64,000 bases of DNA from an uncultured bacterium (GTDB lineage Bacteria > Krumholzibacteriota > Krumholzibacteriia > JACNKJ01), in assembly GCA_963695095.1 (NCBI GenBank), contig CAVOFT010000001.1, forward strand, positions 2,528,001 to 2,592,000, read 5' to 3'. The translations under genes and the position numbers were made by a program. The notes beneath the pieces were generated by a model that saw only the letters and a list, made by a program, of their open reading frames with translations, made no database searches and was not told the DNA's origin. This document shows, one piece after another, positions 17,438 to 27,510 of this stretch; position 1 is the stretch's first letter; every line of letters starts with the position of its first letter.

Positions 17438-19096
17438 ATGTTGCCTCGCTTCGCCGCCGCCTGCCTCGTCCTCGCCTCCCTCGCCGCCGCTCGGCCCGCC
17501 GCCGCGGATGACCCGCCCGAGGAGTACTACGACCTCTACCAGGGGGGCCGCGGTTTCGGCACGGAGCAGTTCCGCACGGAGACGCGCGGGGACACCCTCG
17601 AGCTGCTCGGCACCCTGATCCTGAAGAGTCCGGCCCCGCGCCGCTTCGAGTCGCGCACCCGCCTCGTCGGCGCCGATGAGCGGGTCCTCGACTACCTGCT
17701 CGCCTCCACCGAGGGCGACAGCATCGGCCTCCGCGCCGAGGCCGACTCCCTGCGCCTCTTCGTGGTGAGCGGCGGCTCTCGCCGCGAGAACGCCTTCGCC
17801 CACGATGGGCGCCGGCTGCAGGTGCTGGACAACGTCGTGCCCTCGCACCTGTGGCTGCTGGCGCGCCAGCTCGCGCGCGACCCGGAGGCGGCCGCGCCGC
17901 TCACCGTTGCGGTGCCGCAGCAGCTCTGGACGGGCGAGCTCGAGCGCGAGGCCCCCACGCCGACGACCGGCGAGCTCGACGGCGAGCCGATCGCGGTCCA
18001 GCGGCACCGCGTCACCCTTGCCGGCGTGCTCATGTTCATGGACATCGACGCCCAGGGGCGGCTGCTCGGCCTCAGCGTGCCCATCCAGAAGTTCGGCTTG
18101 CGCCGGCCGGGCTTCGTCGGCGCTCCCCTGAGCGCTCCGGCCGACTCGACGCGCCCGGTCTTCCCGACCGAGGCCCTGAGCATCGAGGGCGGCGGCCCGC
18201 CCCTGCCGGCGCAGCTCACCCTGCCCGCCGCCGCGGGCGGCCCCTGGCCGGCCTGCGTCTTCCTGCACGGCTCCGGCCCGGTGGACATGGACATGACCAT
18301 CGGGCCCAATCGCATCTTCGCCCAGCTGGCCGCCGGCCTGGCCGAACGCGGCATCGCCAGCCTGCGCTACGACAAGCGCACCTACGTCATCAGCCAGGGC
18401 CGGCCGGAGTACCGGCACTTCGGCGCGGAGATCGTCACCGTGCAGGAGGAGGTGCTCGACGATGCACTCGCCGCCTGGCAGCTCCTGGCCGGCGACGCCC
18501 GTCTCGATCCCCGGCGGCTCTTCATCCTCGGTCACAGCCTGGGCGCAGGCGCAGCTCCGATCCTGGCCGAGCAGATCGACGAGGCGAGCGCCCCGCGGCC
18601 GGCCGGCCTGCTCCTGCTCGCCCCGCCGGGGCGGGACCTGCTGAGCATCATCCTCGACCAGCACCGCTACCTGAACGCCCAGGGCGCGCTGGGCGCCGTG
18701 CAGCTGGCGGAGGCCGAGAAGCAGGCCCAGCGCCTGCGCGAAGGCAGCGTGGGCGAGGACGAGACCGTGTTCTTCGCCACGCCCAGGTACTGGGCCTCGG
18801 TGAACGACTGGCAGTCCTGGCGGGTCTATGCCGAGCAGACGGCGCCGGCCCTCGTCCTGTTCGGCGAGCGCGACTACCAGATCACGGCTCCGGATCGGGC
18901 CACCTGGCAGGCTAGCCTGGACGCGACGCCGCGGGAGGGCGCAGCGCTCGCGCTGCTGCCGGGGCTCAACCACCTCTTCCTGCGCGGGGAGGGCCCGCCC
19001 GGCCCGGCCGAGTTCGGCCTGCCCGGCGAGCTGGAGCCGGCCTTCCTGGACCGGCTCGCCGACTGGATCCGGCAGACGGCGCCGGCCGCCGACTAG
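17438..19096 (+). CDS. Secreted alpha/beta hydrolase with N-terminal beta-rich domain
   Basis: Signal peptide, HGSGP, RYDKR, GHSLG nucleophile elbow, DYQ, LNHLF. Confidence 0.85.
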   Translation: MLPRFAAACLVLASLAAARPAAADDPPEEYYDLYQGGRGFGTEQFRTETRGDTLELLGTLILKSPAPRRFESRTRLVGADERVLDYLLASTEGDSIGLRAEADSLRLFVVSGGSRRENAFAHDGRRLQVLDNVVPSHLWLLARQLARDPEAAAPLTVAVPQQLWTGELEREAPTPTTGELDGEPIAVQRHRVTLAGVLMFMDIDAQGRLLGLSVPIQKFGLRRPGFVGAPLSAPADSTRPVFPTEALSIEGGGPPLPAQLTLPAAAGGPWPACVFLHGSGPVDMDMTIGPNRIFAQLAAGLAERGIASLRYDKRTYVISQGRPEYRHFGAEIVTVQEEVLDDALAAWQLLAGDARLDPRRLFILGHSLGAGAAPILAEQIDEASAPRPAGLLLLAPPGRDLLSIILDQHRYLNAQGALGAVQLAEAEKQAQRLREGSVGEDETVFFATPRYWASVNDWQSWRVYAEQTAPALVLFGERDYQITAPDRATWQASLDATPREGAALALLPGLNHLFLRGEGPPGPAEFGLPGELEPAFLDRLADWIRQTAPAAD

Positions 19097-19113
19097 AAAA
19101 GCGGCCGCGGCCC

Positions 19114-19142
19114 TGGACAAGCTGGACGCAAGCGCCTATTCT
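19114..19142 (+). promoter_or_regulatory. Putative promoter for rplC
   Basis: TGGACA-N17-TATTCT. Confidence 0.45.
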
Positions 19143-19145
19143 GTA

Positions 19146-19172
19146 GCGGCTTCCGATCGGGAGCCGCTTTTC
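19146..19172 (+). terminator. Terminator-like hairpin between the hydrolase and rplC
   Basis: AGCGGCTTCC-gatc-GGGAGCCGCT followed by TTTC. Confidence 0.55.
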
Positions 19173-19261
19173 ACTGTCAGCTCGCCGCCGCCCCTGGGGC
19201 CGGACGCGGGCGCAACCCGCTGCGGTCGTCTCAGCCGCATGGTTGTCACGAGGAGGTACCG

Positions 19262-19909
19262 ATGGCCATGAGACTCCTGGGCAAGAAGCTCGGCATGACG
19301 CAGATCTTCGAGGAGGGTGGGCAGCTCACCCCCGTCACCGTCATCGAGCTGGGCCCCAACTACGTCGTGCAGAAGAAGGAAGAGCCCACCGACGGCTACT
19401 GCGCCCTGCAGCTCGGCTTCGATCCCGTGCGCGCCAAGCGCCTGACGAAGCCGCGTCTGGGCCACCTCGCCAAGGCGGGGCTCGAGGGCCTGCGCTTCCT
19501 GCGCGAGAGCCGCGTGCCCCGCGCCGAGGCCGAACCCTACAAGCCGGGCGACGCGATCACGGTGGAGTACTTCGCCGTCGGCGACAGCGTGGACGTCACC
19601 GGCCGCAGCAAGGGCCGCGGCATGGCGGGCGTCGTCAAGCGCCACGGCATGCACGGGCCCCTCAGCCTGACCCACGGCGCCCACGAAGCCATGCGCCATG
19701 GCGGCTCGATCGGCTCCAGCGCCACGCCGGCGCGCGTCTTCAAGGGCAAGCACATGCCGGGCCGCATGGGCAACGACCAGCGCACCCTGCAGAACCTGCG
19801 CGTGGTGGCGATCCGGCCGGAGGAGAACCTGCTGTTGGTCAAGGGCGCCGTCCCGGGGGCCAACGGCCGGCTGGTCACCGTCGCCAAGAGCGTCAAGCGC
19901 AAGGGCTAG
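19262..19909 (+). CDS. rplC: 50S ribosomal protein L3 (outside the S10 operon)
   Basis: GAGGAGG RBS; LGKKLGMTQIF, PVTVI, VDVTGRSKGRG, RVFKGKHMPGRMG, VKGAVPG. Confidence 0.95.
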   Translation: MAMRLLGKKLGMTQIFEEGGQLTPVTVIELGPNYVVQKKEEPTDGYCALQLGFDPVRAKRLTKPRLGHLAKAGLEGLRFLRESRVPRAEAEPYKPGDAITVEYFAVGDSVDVTGRSKGRGMAGVVKRHGMHGPLSLTHGAHEAMRHGGSIGSSATPARVFKGKHMPGRMGNDQRTLQNLRVVAIRPEENLLLVKGAVPGANGRLVTVAKSVKRKG

Positions 19910-19988
19910 TGGCGCGCAGGCAAGGATCACCACGGGACTCGACAGCACCGGCGGCCGCCTCCCACGGGGGCGGCCGCGGCGCATTCGC

Positions 19989-21269
19989 TCAGGGCTCGCC
20001 GCGCAGGGGCCTGAAGCCGATGGCGAAGCTGCCCGCCGCGGGCGATGCGCTGCGCCGGGTTCCCGACTGGCAGTGCTGGGCGCTATCGAAGAAGACGCCG
20101 CCCCTGCGCAGGCGGTCCAGCCCCGTGGCGGGGCCGGGCGGATCCTGGGCCGGGCTGGTCTCGTAGTAGTCGCTCGCGTACCAGTCCCCGCACCACTCGG
20201 CCAGATTGCCGTGCATGTCGGCGAGCCCCCAGGCGTTCGCCTGCTTCTGCGCCACCGGGTGGCTGTTCCCGCCGGCATTGGCGCAGTACCAGCCCATCGC
20301 CGCCAGCACGGGGTCGGGCGGGGAGCAGGTCGGCTGGGTGATCATCCCGCCGGCGAAGGAAGTCTGCGTGCCCGCGCGGCAGGCGTACTCCCACTCGGCC
20401 TCCGTGGGCAGGCGGTAGCCGGCGGCGGCGTAGGGCTCGCCGTCCCCGCAGCTCCAATCGGCGTGGTCGTAGGCCCGCGGCAGGTGCTCCCGCAGGCTCA
20501 GCCAGTCGCAGTAGGCGGCCGCGCCGTACCAGCTCACGGCGCGCACGGGGTAGCTGGGCTTGGCGGTCGCCAGCTCGAGGCCGTTGTCCGCGATCTCGCA
20601 GTAGGGGGAGTCCATGTCCAGCAGCTCGACGGTGGAGCCGTCGAGGGCATCGCGCAGGGCGCTCGCGCCGAGGGTGGCATGGCCATGGGCGATGGCCCAC
20701 TGCATCATCTCCAGGTACTGGGCGTTGGTGACCTCGGTGCTCTGGATGCGGAAGCCGCGGCTCAGCGTGACCTCGTGGCGGGGATACTCGGCGCTGATCG
20801 TGCCCGGCGCGCCGTCGAGGGAGCCCATCATGAAGCTGCCCGCCGGCACCGCGATGAAGGTGCCGGGCGGAGGAACGTGGGCCGCCACGGAGAGCTCCAG
20901 GGTATCCCGATCCTCGCCGGCGAGGCTGTCCACGACCCGCAGCACCACCCGGTGCTGGCCGGCGGCGAAGCGATGCTCGACGAGCGGCTCGCCGAGCAGG
21001 CTCGAATCGGCCGCGCCATCGCCCTGCCAGTCCCACTCGAAGCGCAACTCGGCCAGCTCGTCCTCGGCGTCCGCGCTGCAGGCGGCGTCGAGGACGAAGA
21101 GGGTCTCGCTGTCGCCCTGCGCCGGATCGACCGCGAAGCAGGCCTGGGGCGCGTCGTTCGCCGGCTCGGCAGGATCATCCGCGCAGGCGGCCAGCAGAGT
21201 GCCGAGCAGCAGGGCGACGGCGCGCCGCGCCGGCATCCGCCCGAATCCGCCACCCGCCGAGCGGTGCAT
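19989..21269 (-). CDS. Lipoprotein with PKD-like domain and FGE-sulfatase/SUMF1 domain
   Basis: Lipobox LAAC, WDWQGDG, TEVTNAQY, YRLPTEAEWEYA, DMHGNLAEW; start may be about 21236. Confidence 0.85.
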   Translation of the reverse strand: MHRSAGGGFGRMPARRAVALLLGTLLAACADDPAEPANDAPQACFAVDPAQGDSETLFVLDAACSADAEDELAELRFEWDWQGDGAADSSLLGEPLVEHRFAAGQHRVVLRVVDSLAGEDRDTLELSVAAHVPPPGTFIAVPAGSFMMGSLDGAPGTISAEYPRHEVTLSRGFRIQSTEVTNAQYLEMMQWAIAHGHATLGASALRDALDGSTVELLDMDSPYCEIADNGLELATAKPSYPVRAVSWYGAAAYCDWLSLREHLPRAYDHADWSCGDGEPYAAAGYRLPTEAEWEYACRAGTQTSFAGGMITQPTCSPPDPVLAAMGWYCANAGGNSHPVAQKQANAWGLADMHGNLAEWCGDWYASDYYETSPAQDPPGPATGLDRLRRGGVFFDSAQHCQSGTRRSASPAAGSFAIGFRPLRGEP

Positions 21270-21270
21270 G

Positions 21271-22428
21271 CTAGCCGCGGTCCTTCAGCGGCACGTAGGC
21301 CGAACCCAGCGACCGGCCCGTCCAGATCAGGCGCGGCCGGTAGATGCGGTTGTTTTCCACTTGCTCGAAGTGGTGCCCCACCCAGCCGACGACGCGGGCG
21401 ATGGCGAAGACCGCGGTGAACATGTCCTTGGGCAGACCGAGGGACTTGTAGACGACGCCCGAGAAGAAGTCGACGTTGGGCCAGATCTGCGTCTTGCCCA
21501 GCTCGTCGAGCTTGGTCCGCGTCACCTCCATGAAGCGGACGGCCTTGATCAGGTCGTGATCGTCGTGCCGGTCGCGGGCGAGATCCTCGGCCATCTTGCG
21601 CAGGATGGTCGCCCGCGGGTCCAGCGTCTTGTAGACGCGGTGGCCGAAACCCATGATCTTCTTGCCCTGGGTGATCATGTCCGTCACGTAGGGCTCGATG
21701 TCCTCCAGATTCTCGATGCTCTCGAGCATCTCGATGACGCGTTCGTTGGCGCCGCCGTGCAGAGGGCCCGAGAGCGAGCCGATGGCTGCGACCACCGCGG
21801 TGTAGATGTCCGCCTCGGTGGAGCTGACGACCCGGCAGGTGAAGGTGGAGTTGTTGCAGCCGTGATCCATGTGAAGGAGGAGGGCGACGTCGAAGATGCG
21901 CTCCTCTTCGGGCGTCGGCACCTTGCCGGTCAGCATGTAGAGCATGTTGGCGGCGTGGGAGAGGTCGTCGCGGCGCACCACCGTGCGCTCGCGTCCGCGC
22001 AAGTTGTCGAAGTAGGTGACGACCAGGGGCATCTTGGCGATGATGCGCATCGCCTTGCGGCGCTTGGCCTCGATCGACTTGTCCGCCAGCTCGGGGTCGT
22101 GCATGGCCAGCTGGGCGACCAGGGCCTGCAGGACGGCCATCGGGTGCCCGTGGCGGGGCGTCAACACGATGATGGCCTTCAGGTGCGGGTCGAGATAGCG
22201 CTCGCGGATCAGGTCATCCTTGAACTTCGCGAGCTGCTTGCGCGTGGGCAACTCGTTATGGAGCAGCAGATAGGCCACGTGCTCGAAGTTGCAGTGGGCT
22301 GCCAGATCCTCGATCGTGTAGCCGCGGTAATAGAGCTTTCCGCCCACGCCATCGACCGAGCTCATGCCGCTCTCGTTGATGTAGACACCCTCGAGTCCGG
22401 GGAAGTAGTTCTGCATCGCTTCGGCCAT
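21271..22428 (-). CDS. gltA: Citrate synthase family
   Basis: GPLHGGANE, GFGHRVYK, PNVDFFSG. Confidence 0.9.
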   Translation of the reverse strand: MAEAMQNYFPGLEGVYINESGMSSVDGVGGKLYYRGYTIEDLAAHCNFEHVAYLLLHNELPTRKQLAKFKDDLIRERYLDPHLKAIIVLTPRHGHPMAVLQALVAQLAMHDPELADKSIEAKRRKAMRIIAKMPLVVTYFDNLRGRERTVVRRDDLSHAANMLYMLTGKVPTPEEERIFDVALLLHMDHGCNNSTFTCRVVSSTEADIYTAVVAAIGSLSGPLHGGANERVIEMLESIENLEDIEPYVTDMITQGKKIMGFGHRVYKTLDPRATILRKMAEDLARDRHDDHDLIKAVRFMEVTRTKLDELGKTQIWPNVDFFSGVVYKSLGLPKDMFTAVFAIARVVGWVGHHFEQVENNRIYRPRLIWTGRSLGSAYVPLKDRG

Positions 22429-22601
22429 GCTCGGCTCCTTGGCGCCTGGGTAAACGGTGCTCGAGCACCATAGCAGGCCCGCGGCTCCGGTTCAACTCAG
22501 TGAACAGCGCTAACTGACTATCGGCCCGGCGCCACTTGGTGCCGGGCGCTCCATGCGCTAGACTTTGAGCCTGCTACCCTCAGTCCCAGGAGGACCCGAC
22601 C

Positions 22602-24293
22602 ATGCTCCGCCCCCTGTCCCGACTCGCCGCGGCGGCGCTCCTCGCCGCCCTCGCCCTGCCGGCGGCCGCCGAACTGGCCACTGCCGCCCGCTGCCTGACA
22701 CCCACCCTGCCCAGGCCAGGAGCGCCCGCAGAGCTGACGCGCGCCCGCCTCGAGGCCGAGGGCCGCTGGGTCGCCAGCGGGGACCCCGACCGCAGCCCCC
22801 CCGCCGACCCCCAGGTGGGCGACACCTGGCTCTGGTACATCTGGGACCTGGGCGGCTTTCCCACGGCCACGCTCAAGCCCTGCACGGTGCGCGGCATGGG
22901 CGACAACTGCTATGTCGTGGTCGATGACGACGAGTGGGGAGTCGGCATGGACCAGGCCGACGTGGACCGCATCGTCGAGAATTTCGAGAACAGCAGCCCG
23001 GGCAACTGGCCCGATCAGGGCATCTGGGATCTGAACACCGGGCACTTCGGCAGCCCGCCCAACCCCTTGGACGGCCTGGACCGCGTGTTCCTGCTCTACT
23101 ATCGCTTCGACATCTCGGCGGACGGCTACTTCTGGGTCTTCGACCAGTACCCCGACGGCACCCAGTCCTTCGCCAGCAACGAGGCCGACGTGGTCTACCT
23201 GGCCGTGGACAACGGCGACCCCGGCGGCGACTACATGCTGGCCGTGGCCGCCCACGAGTTCGAGCACCTCATCCACTATGCCCGCGACACGAACGAGGAG
23301 TCCTGGCTGGACGAGGGCTTCGGCGAGCTGGCGATGTGGCTCTTCGGCCATCCCGACACGATCTCGAGCTTCAACGCGAATCCGGACAACAACCTCATCG
23401 ATTTCGCCGGCAACTGGGCCGACTACATCCAGACCTACCTGTGGAGCCTCTACGTCTACGAGCAGTTCGGCGGCCAGCCCTTCATCTGGGACGTCGCGCA
23501 CAGCGCGCTCAACGGCATGGCCTCCTACAACGCGGTGCTGGCCGCCCACGGCGCCGGCATCGCCACCGACACCGTGTTCCGCAACTGGGCCGTGGCCAAC
23601 TTCCTGGACGATCCCGCCGTGCCGAACGGCGAGTTCGGCTATCTCGGCGAGACCCTGCCCGCCTTCATCCCCTGGCGGACGATTGCCGGCTACCCGGCGG
23701 GAGGCACTGGCGGCCTCCAGGCCTGGGCCGCCGAGTACATGCGCTGCACGGGGGTGGACGGCGTCCTGCACCTGGACTTCAACGGCCAGGATGTCCGCAA
23801 CTTCCGCGTGGCCCTGCTCGGGCTGGACGCCACCCTGCCCACCCTGGTCGAGTTCCTCACCTTGGACGCCCTCCAGGACGGCAGTGTCGACTTCACCGAC
23901 GCCCAGGGCTATGACGAGGTGATCGTCGCCGTGGCCAACGTCGCGAGCGCGAGCGCCAGCTACACCTACAACTTGAGCGTTCTGGCCACGCCCGCCGGCG
24001 AGAGTGCGCCGGCGGCGACCGCCCTGGCCGGCGCCCAGCCCAATCCCTTCAATCCGGCCACGCGCATCCACTTCACGAGCGCGGGCGAGGAGCGGCTGCG
24101 CCTGGAGGTCTTCGCCGCCAGCGGCCGCAGCCTGCGCCTGCTCGCCGACGAGGTCTTCCCGGCCGGGGCCCATGTTCGCGACTGGGACGGCCGTGACGAG
24201 GCCGGTCGCGCCCTGCCGGCCGGCATCTACCTCGCACGCCTGTCCGGCGATACCGGGCAGCTGGGTGCCGCCAAGCTGGTCCTGCTGAAATGA
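22602..24293 (+). CDS. Secreted zinc metallopeptidase (M30/M6-like) with FlgD-Ig/T9SS-like CTD
   Basis: Signal peptide, AHEFEHLIH...WLDEG, CTD PNPFNP...WDGRDEAG...GIY...KLVLLK. Confidence 0.85.
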   Translation: MLRPLSRLAAAALLAALALPAAAELATAARCLTPTLPRPGAPAELTRARLEAEGRWVASGDPDRSPPADPQVGDTWLWYIWDLGGFPTATLKPCTVRGMGDNCYVVVDDDEWGVGMDQADVDRIVENFENSSPGNWPDQGIWDLNTGHFGSPPNPLDGLDRVFLLYYRFDISADGYFWVFDQYPDGTQSFASNEADVVYLAVDNGDPGGDYMLAVAAHEFEHLIHYARDTNEESWLDEGFGELAMWLFGHPDTISSFNANPDNNLIDFAGNWADYIQTYLWSLYVYEQFGGQPFIWDVAHSALNGMASYNAVLAAHGAGIATDTVFRNWAVANFLDDPAVPNGEFGYLGETLPAFIPWRTIAGYPAGGTGGLQAWAAEYMRCTGVDGVLHLDFNGQDVRNFRVALLGLDATLPTLVEFLTLDALQDGSVDFTDAQGYDEVIVAVANVASASASYTYNLSVLATPAGESAPAATALAGAQPNPFNPATRIHFTSAGEERLRLEVFAASGRSLRLLADEVFPAGAHVRDWDGRDEAGRALPAGIYLARLSGDTGQLGAAKLVLLK

Positions 24294-24372
24294 GCGGCGG
24301 CGCTCGCGTCCCTCCCTCTCGTGCCCCTTGTTTCGGGCGCGAAGGGAGGGGCGCAGGTGCCGACTGCCTGCC

Positions 24373-27300
24373 TCAGGGTTCGATGGGAAAGCCGGCCGCA
24401 TCCAGCAACTCGGCGAGCGTCCTGGGGTCTTCTGGGTCGGGGCCCTCGCCGGGCGCGCTGCCATCCGGGTCCTCGAAGGCGACGACCTCGTCCAGAGCAA
24501 TGACGCCCCACTCGTCGGCCGACAGGTCGGCGGCGACCAGGTAGACCCAGGTCCCGCGCAAGCTCTCCGCGTCCCAGACCCGGGGTGAGAGGACATGGCT
24601 GTCCTCGCCGGTCGCCCGGAAGAGCACGAGCTCGTTGTCTGCCCGGACGAGGGCGACGAACTCGCTGTCCAGCGCGTCACCGCCCCCCACCTTGAGCCGC
24701 AGCCGGTTGTGACGCAGGCGGAAGGGCGCGCTGCGGATCCAGCCGACGCGGCTGCAGTCCTCGTAGTGCGTGCCGGGCTCGCCCGTGTCGGGCCGGGGGT
24801 GGCGCTCGTAGGTCGCCAGGTAGCTGTTGCCGGTCATGCCGCTGGAGTAGCCGCGCTCGAGGTCGAACAGCGGATTGTCGCCCCAGGTCGGCTGGTGCTC
24901 GAAGGCGTGGCCGAGGGGCGCGCCCATCAGCTCCCAGACGAGCGCCGGGGCGAGGCGGTCCGCGTCGGTGCCCTGAATGCCGGCGACGCCGCCCGCCGGG
25001 ATCAGGCAGGGCCGGCCGTCCCCCGTTGCCTCGAAGTCGAGGCCGGCGAAGCGCAGCAGGTAGCGGTTCTCCGAGGCATCCTGGAAATGCTGGCTGAAGA
25101 CCCAGCGGCCCTCGAGCGGGTTCAGCTCGGCGGCGGTGTAGCCGAGGGAGCCCAGGTAGTCGCCGGCGTTCGCAGCGCCGGACCAGCCCTGCGGCCCCCC
25201 CCAGGGATCCGCCGCCATCTGGTGCCAGGTGCCGTTCGCCTGCGAGTAGAAGAGGTGCCAGCGGCGCTGGCCGTCGGCATGCAGGACCGGCACCAGCTGT
25301 GGCGACTCGGGCTGCTCGAGCGTCTCGCGCAGCAGTAGCGGCGCCTCGGCGTCGAGGCCCAGGAAGGCGAAGCTGTCTGGCGCCGCCTCGGCCAGGAGGA
25401 TCAGTCCGCTGCGGTCCGGCGCCTTGCCCGTGGCCAGGAGCCGCCAGATGCCCCCTTCCTGGAAGACGAAGGGATCGCGGCAGGGCGCGGCCCAGTCCGG
25501 CGCGCCCTCGTCGTCCGTCCAGGAGGCCCAGGCGGCCGTGGGATGGTAGAAGGGATTGAGCTGCTCGTGGGCGGCGTCGGCGCGCCACCAGGAATGGAGA
25601 TCATCGCTGAAGGCGAGACCGATCTGCTGCGGCCTGCCTTCGCCCTGGACGCCGGTGTAGAGCATGAGCCAGGCCGGGCCGGGGAGCGGGTTCGCGATCA
25701 CCTGCGGCGCCCAGATGCTCCAGGCCTCCCAGGGCTCGCCCTCGGCGACGGGAAGGATGTCCGGCTCGCGAGTCCAGCGGCGCAGATCGGGGCTGCTGAT
25801 GTGCCCGAGCTGCGCGGCCTCGCCGCCCGCACGCTTGTAAGTGTGGAAGCAGTGGTAGCGGCCCTCGGCGAAGACGAGACAGTGGTCGGCGAGCTGCTCG
25901 CCCGGCTCGCTGGCGAAGTAGGGCTGATCGAAGTCGAAGCGCAGGCCCTCGCCCATGGGCGGCGACCAGACCTCGAAGGTCCACAGGGGGCCCCACTGCT
26001 CCAGGCCGCCCACGTCGCGTGCGAGCACCTGCCAGCTCAGCACGCTGTCGGGAACGAGTCCTTCGAGCAGGTAGCTGGGCTGGGCGAGATCGGCCGCGAC
26101 GAGCGCGCCGCCCACGTAGAGATCGTAGCTGAGCGCGCCGCCGTCCGGGTCGCTGGCCGTCCAGGCCAGCTGGGCCTCCGTGGCGATCAGGATGGCCCCC
26201 GCTGCCGGCGAGGGCGCGCTCGGCGGGCGGGGAAAGGAGTTCGCGGCGCTGCGCGCCACGCGCAGCCCCGTCGTCGGCGAGGCTTGGCTCGGCAGCAGGG
26301 ACCCGCGGGCGGTGGCCTTGAGCGCGGCGACGCCGCTCACGAAGTCGCCGCCCCGCACGATCCGCGTGAAGCCCGTGGTCGGCCCCTTGGGATTCGTGAA
26401 CTGCCCGCCGCCCAGCGAACCCCACCAGTCGTTGCAGAACTCGCCGACATTGCCGGCGAGGTCCGCAAGCCCGAGCAGGCTCGCTCCGGCGGCCAGGGCG
26501 CCGCCGGGCGTGCTCCAGCCCAGGCAGGCCGTGGCGCCCGGCTGGCCGTTGCAGCGCTCGCAGTCCGGCGGGGCATTGCCCCAGGGATAGAGGCGGCCAT
26601 CGGCGAGACGGGCCGCGTATTCCCACTCGGCTTCGGTGGGCAGCCGATAGCCCGCGGCGGTATAGGGATCGCCGCCGCCGCAGATCCAGCTGCTGGTGGA
26701 GTAGGCGAGGGGGAGCCCCGCGCGCTGGCTCAACCAGTTGCAGATGATGGCCGCGGCTCGCCAGCTCAGGTTCTTGACCGGATGCGGCCCAGGATCGTAG
26801 CCCGCGGGGTAGGCGGCGGCCGCGGCGGGCGCCTGGCGAAGGCTGTAGTTGCCCGTCGGCGCGCTGTAGCTGAGCTCGGAGATCGCCGAGCCGAGATCGA
26901 GGATGAGGATGCCGCTGGGCTCGGCGACGACCAGGTTGCCGTGCATCGACAGCAGGCCCGCGCCCTTCGCCCACGCGAGCAGATCCAGCATCTCGGCGTT
27001 GCTGAACTCCTCGCGATCCAGCCAGAAATCGCGCGTGAGCGTCACCAGGCGCGTGCCGGTCTCGCCCATCAGGAAGCTGCCGCCAGGCAGGCGCTGCGCG
27101 TCGCGCGCAGCGGCCTCGTCGCTGGCCAGCACGCGCAGCCTGAGGGCGGCGAGTTCGACGCCCGGCAGATCGAGGCCCGCGTTCCATACTGCGTGGCGCC
27201 CCGCCAGGGCCGGGACGCCCGCACCCACGTCGCCGCTGAGGCGGTAGCAGGGCGCGAGCCAGCTCAGGCCGCCGTCCGCGCTGGCCTCCACGCTCACGAA

Positions 27301-27510
27301 GAGCGTGCCGCCGTCGGCGTCGTCGAGATCGAAGTGGATGTCCACGAGGCCGCTGCCGTCCGCGCGCTGGCTGAAGCCGAGACCGCCGACGCTGGGCTCG
27401 GCGGCGCGCAAGAGCGCCGGCAGCAGGGCTGCGGCCAGCGCCAGCCCCAGCGCCTGCGAGACCGGCGCCCAGAGCCGGCGGCCGGTGGCGCGCTGCGGTG
27501 AGCGGCTCAT
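24373..27510 (-). CDS. Secreted multidomain protein: FGE/SUMF1 + FN3-like + GH32/GH43-like beta-propeller
   Basis: YRLPTEAEWEYA; WTASDPDGGALSYDLY; DHCL..YHCFH, WAPQV, CRDPFV, ESPQL. Confidence 0.75.
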   Translation of the reverse strand: MSRSPQRATGRRLWAPVSQALGLALAAALLPALLRAAEPSVGGLGFSQRADGSGLVDIHFDLDDADGGTLFVSVEASADGGLSWLAPCYRLSGDVGAGVPALAGRHAVWNAGLDLPGVELAALRLRVLASDEAAARDAQRLPGGSFLMGETGTRLVTLTRDFWLDREEFSNAEMLDLLAWAKGAGLLSMHGNLVVAEPSGILILDLGSAISELSYSAPTGNYSLRQAPAAAAAYPAGYDPGPHPVKNLSWRAAAIICNWLSQRAGLPLAYSTSSWICGGGDPYTAAGYRLPTEAEWEYAARLADGRLYPWGNAPPDCERCNGQPGATACLGWSTPGGALAAGASLLGLADLAGNVGEFCNDWWGSLGGGQFTNPKGPTTGFTRIVRGGDFVSGVAALKATARGSLLPSQASPTTGLRVARSAANSFPRPPSAPSPAAGAILIATEAQLAWTASDPDGGALSYDLYVGGALVAADLAQPSYLLEGLVPDSVLSWQVLARDVGGLEQWGPLWTFEVWSPPMGEGLRFDFDQPYFASEPGEQLADHCLVFAEGRYHCFHTYKRAGGEAAQLGHISSPDLRRWTREPDILPVAEGEPWEAWSIWAPQVIANPLPGPAWLMLYTGVQGEGRPQQIGLAFSDDLHSWWRADAAHEQLNPFYHPTAAWASWTDDEGAPDWAAPCRDPFVFQEGGIWRLLATGKAPDRSGLILLAEAAPDSFAFLGLDAEAPLLLRETLEQPESPQLVPVLHADGQRRWHLFYSQANGTWHQMAADPWGGPQGWSGAANAGDYLGSLGYTAAELNPLEGRWVFSQHFQDASENRYLLRFAGLDFEATGDGRPCLIPAGGVAGIQGTDADRLAPALVWELMGAPLGHAFEHQPTWGDNPLFDLERGYSSGMTGNSYLATYERHPRPDTGEPGTHYEDCSRVGWIRSAPFRLRHNRLRLKVGGGDALDSEFVALVRADNELVLFRATGEDSHVLSPRVWDAESLRGTWVYLVAADLSADEWGVIALDEVVAFEDPDGSAPGEGPDPEDPRTLAELLDAAGFPIEP

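Noticed and set aside
19989..27510. FGE/SUMF1 (CLec-fold) genes as DGR targets
   Set aside because: No reverse transcriptase or template repeat seen in the window.
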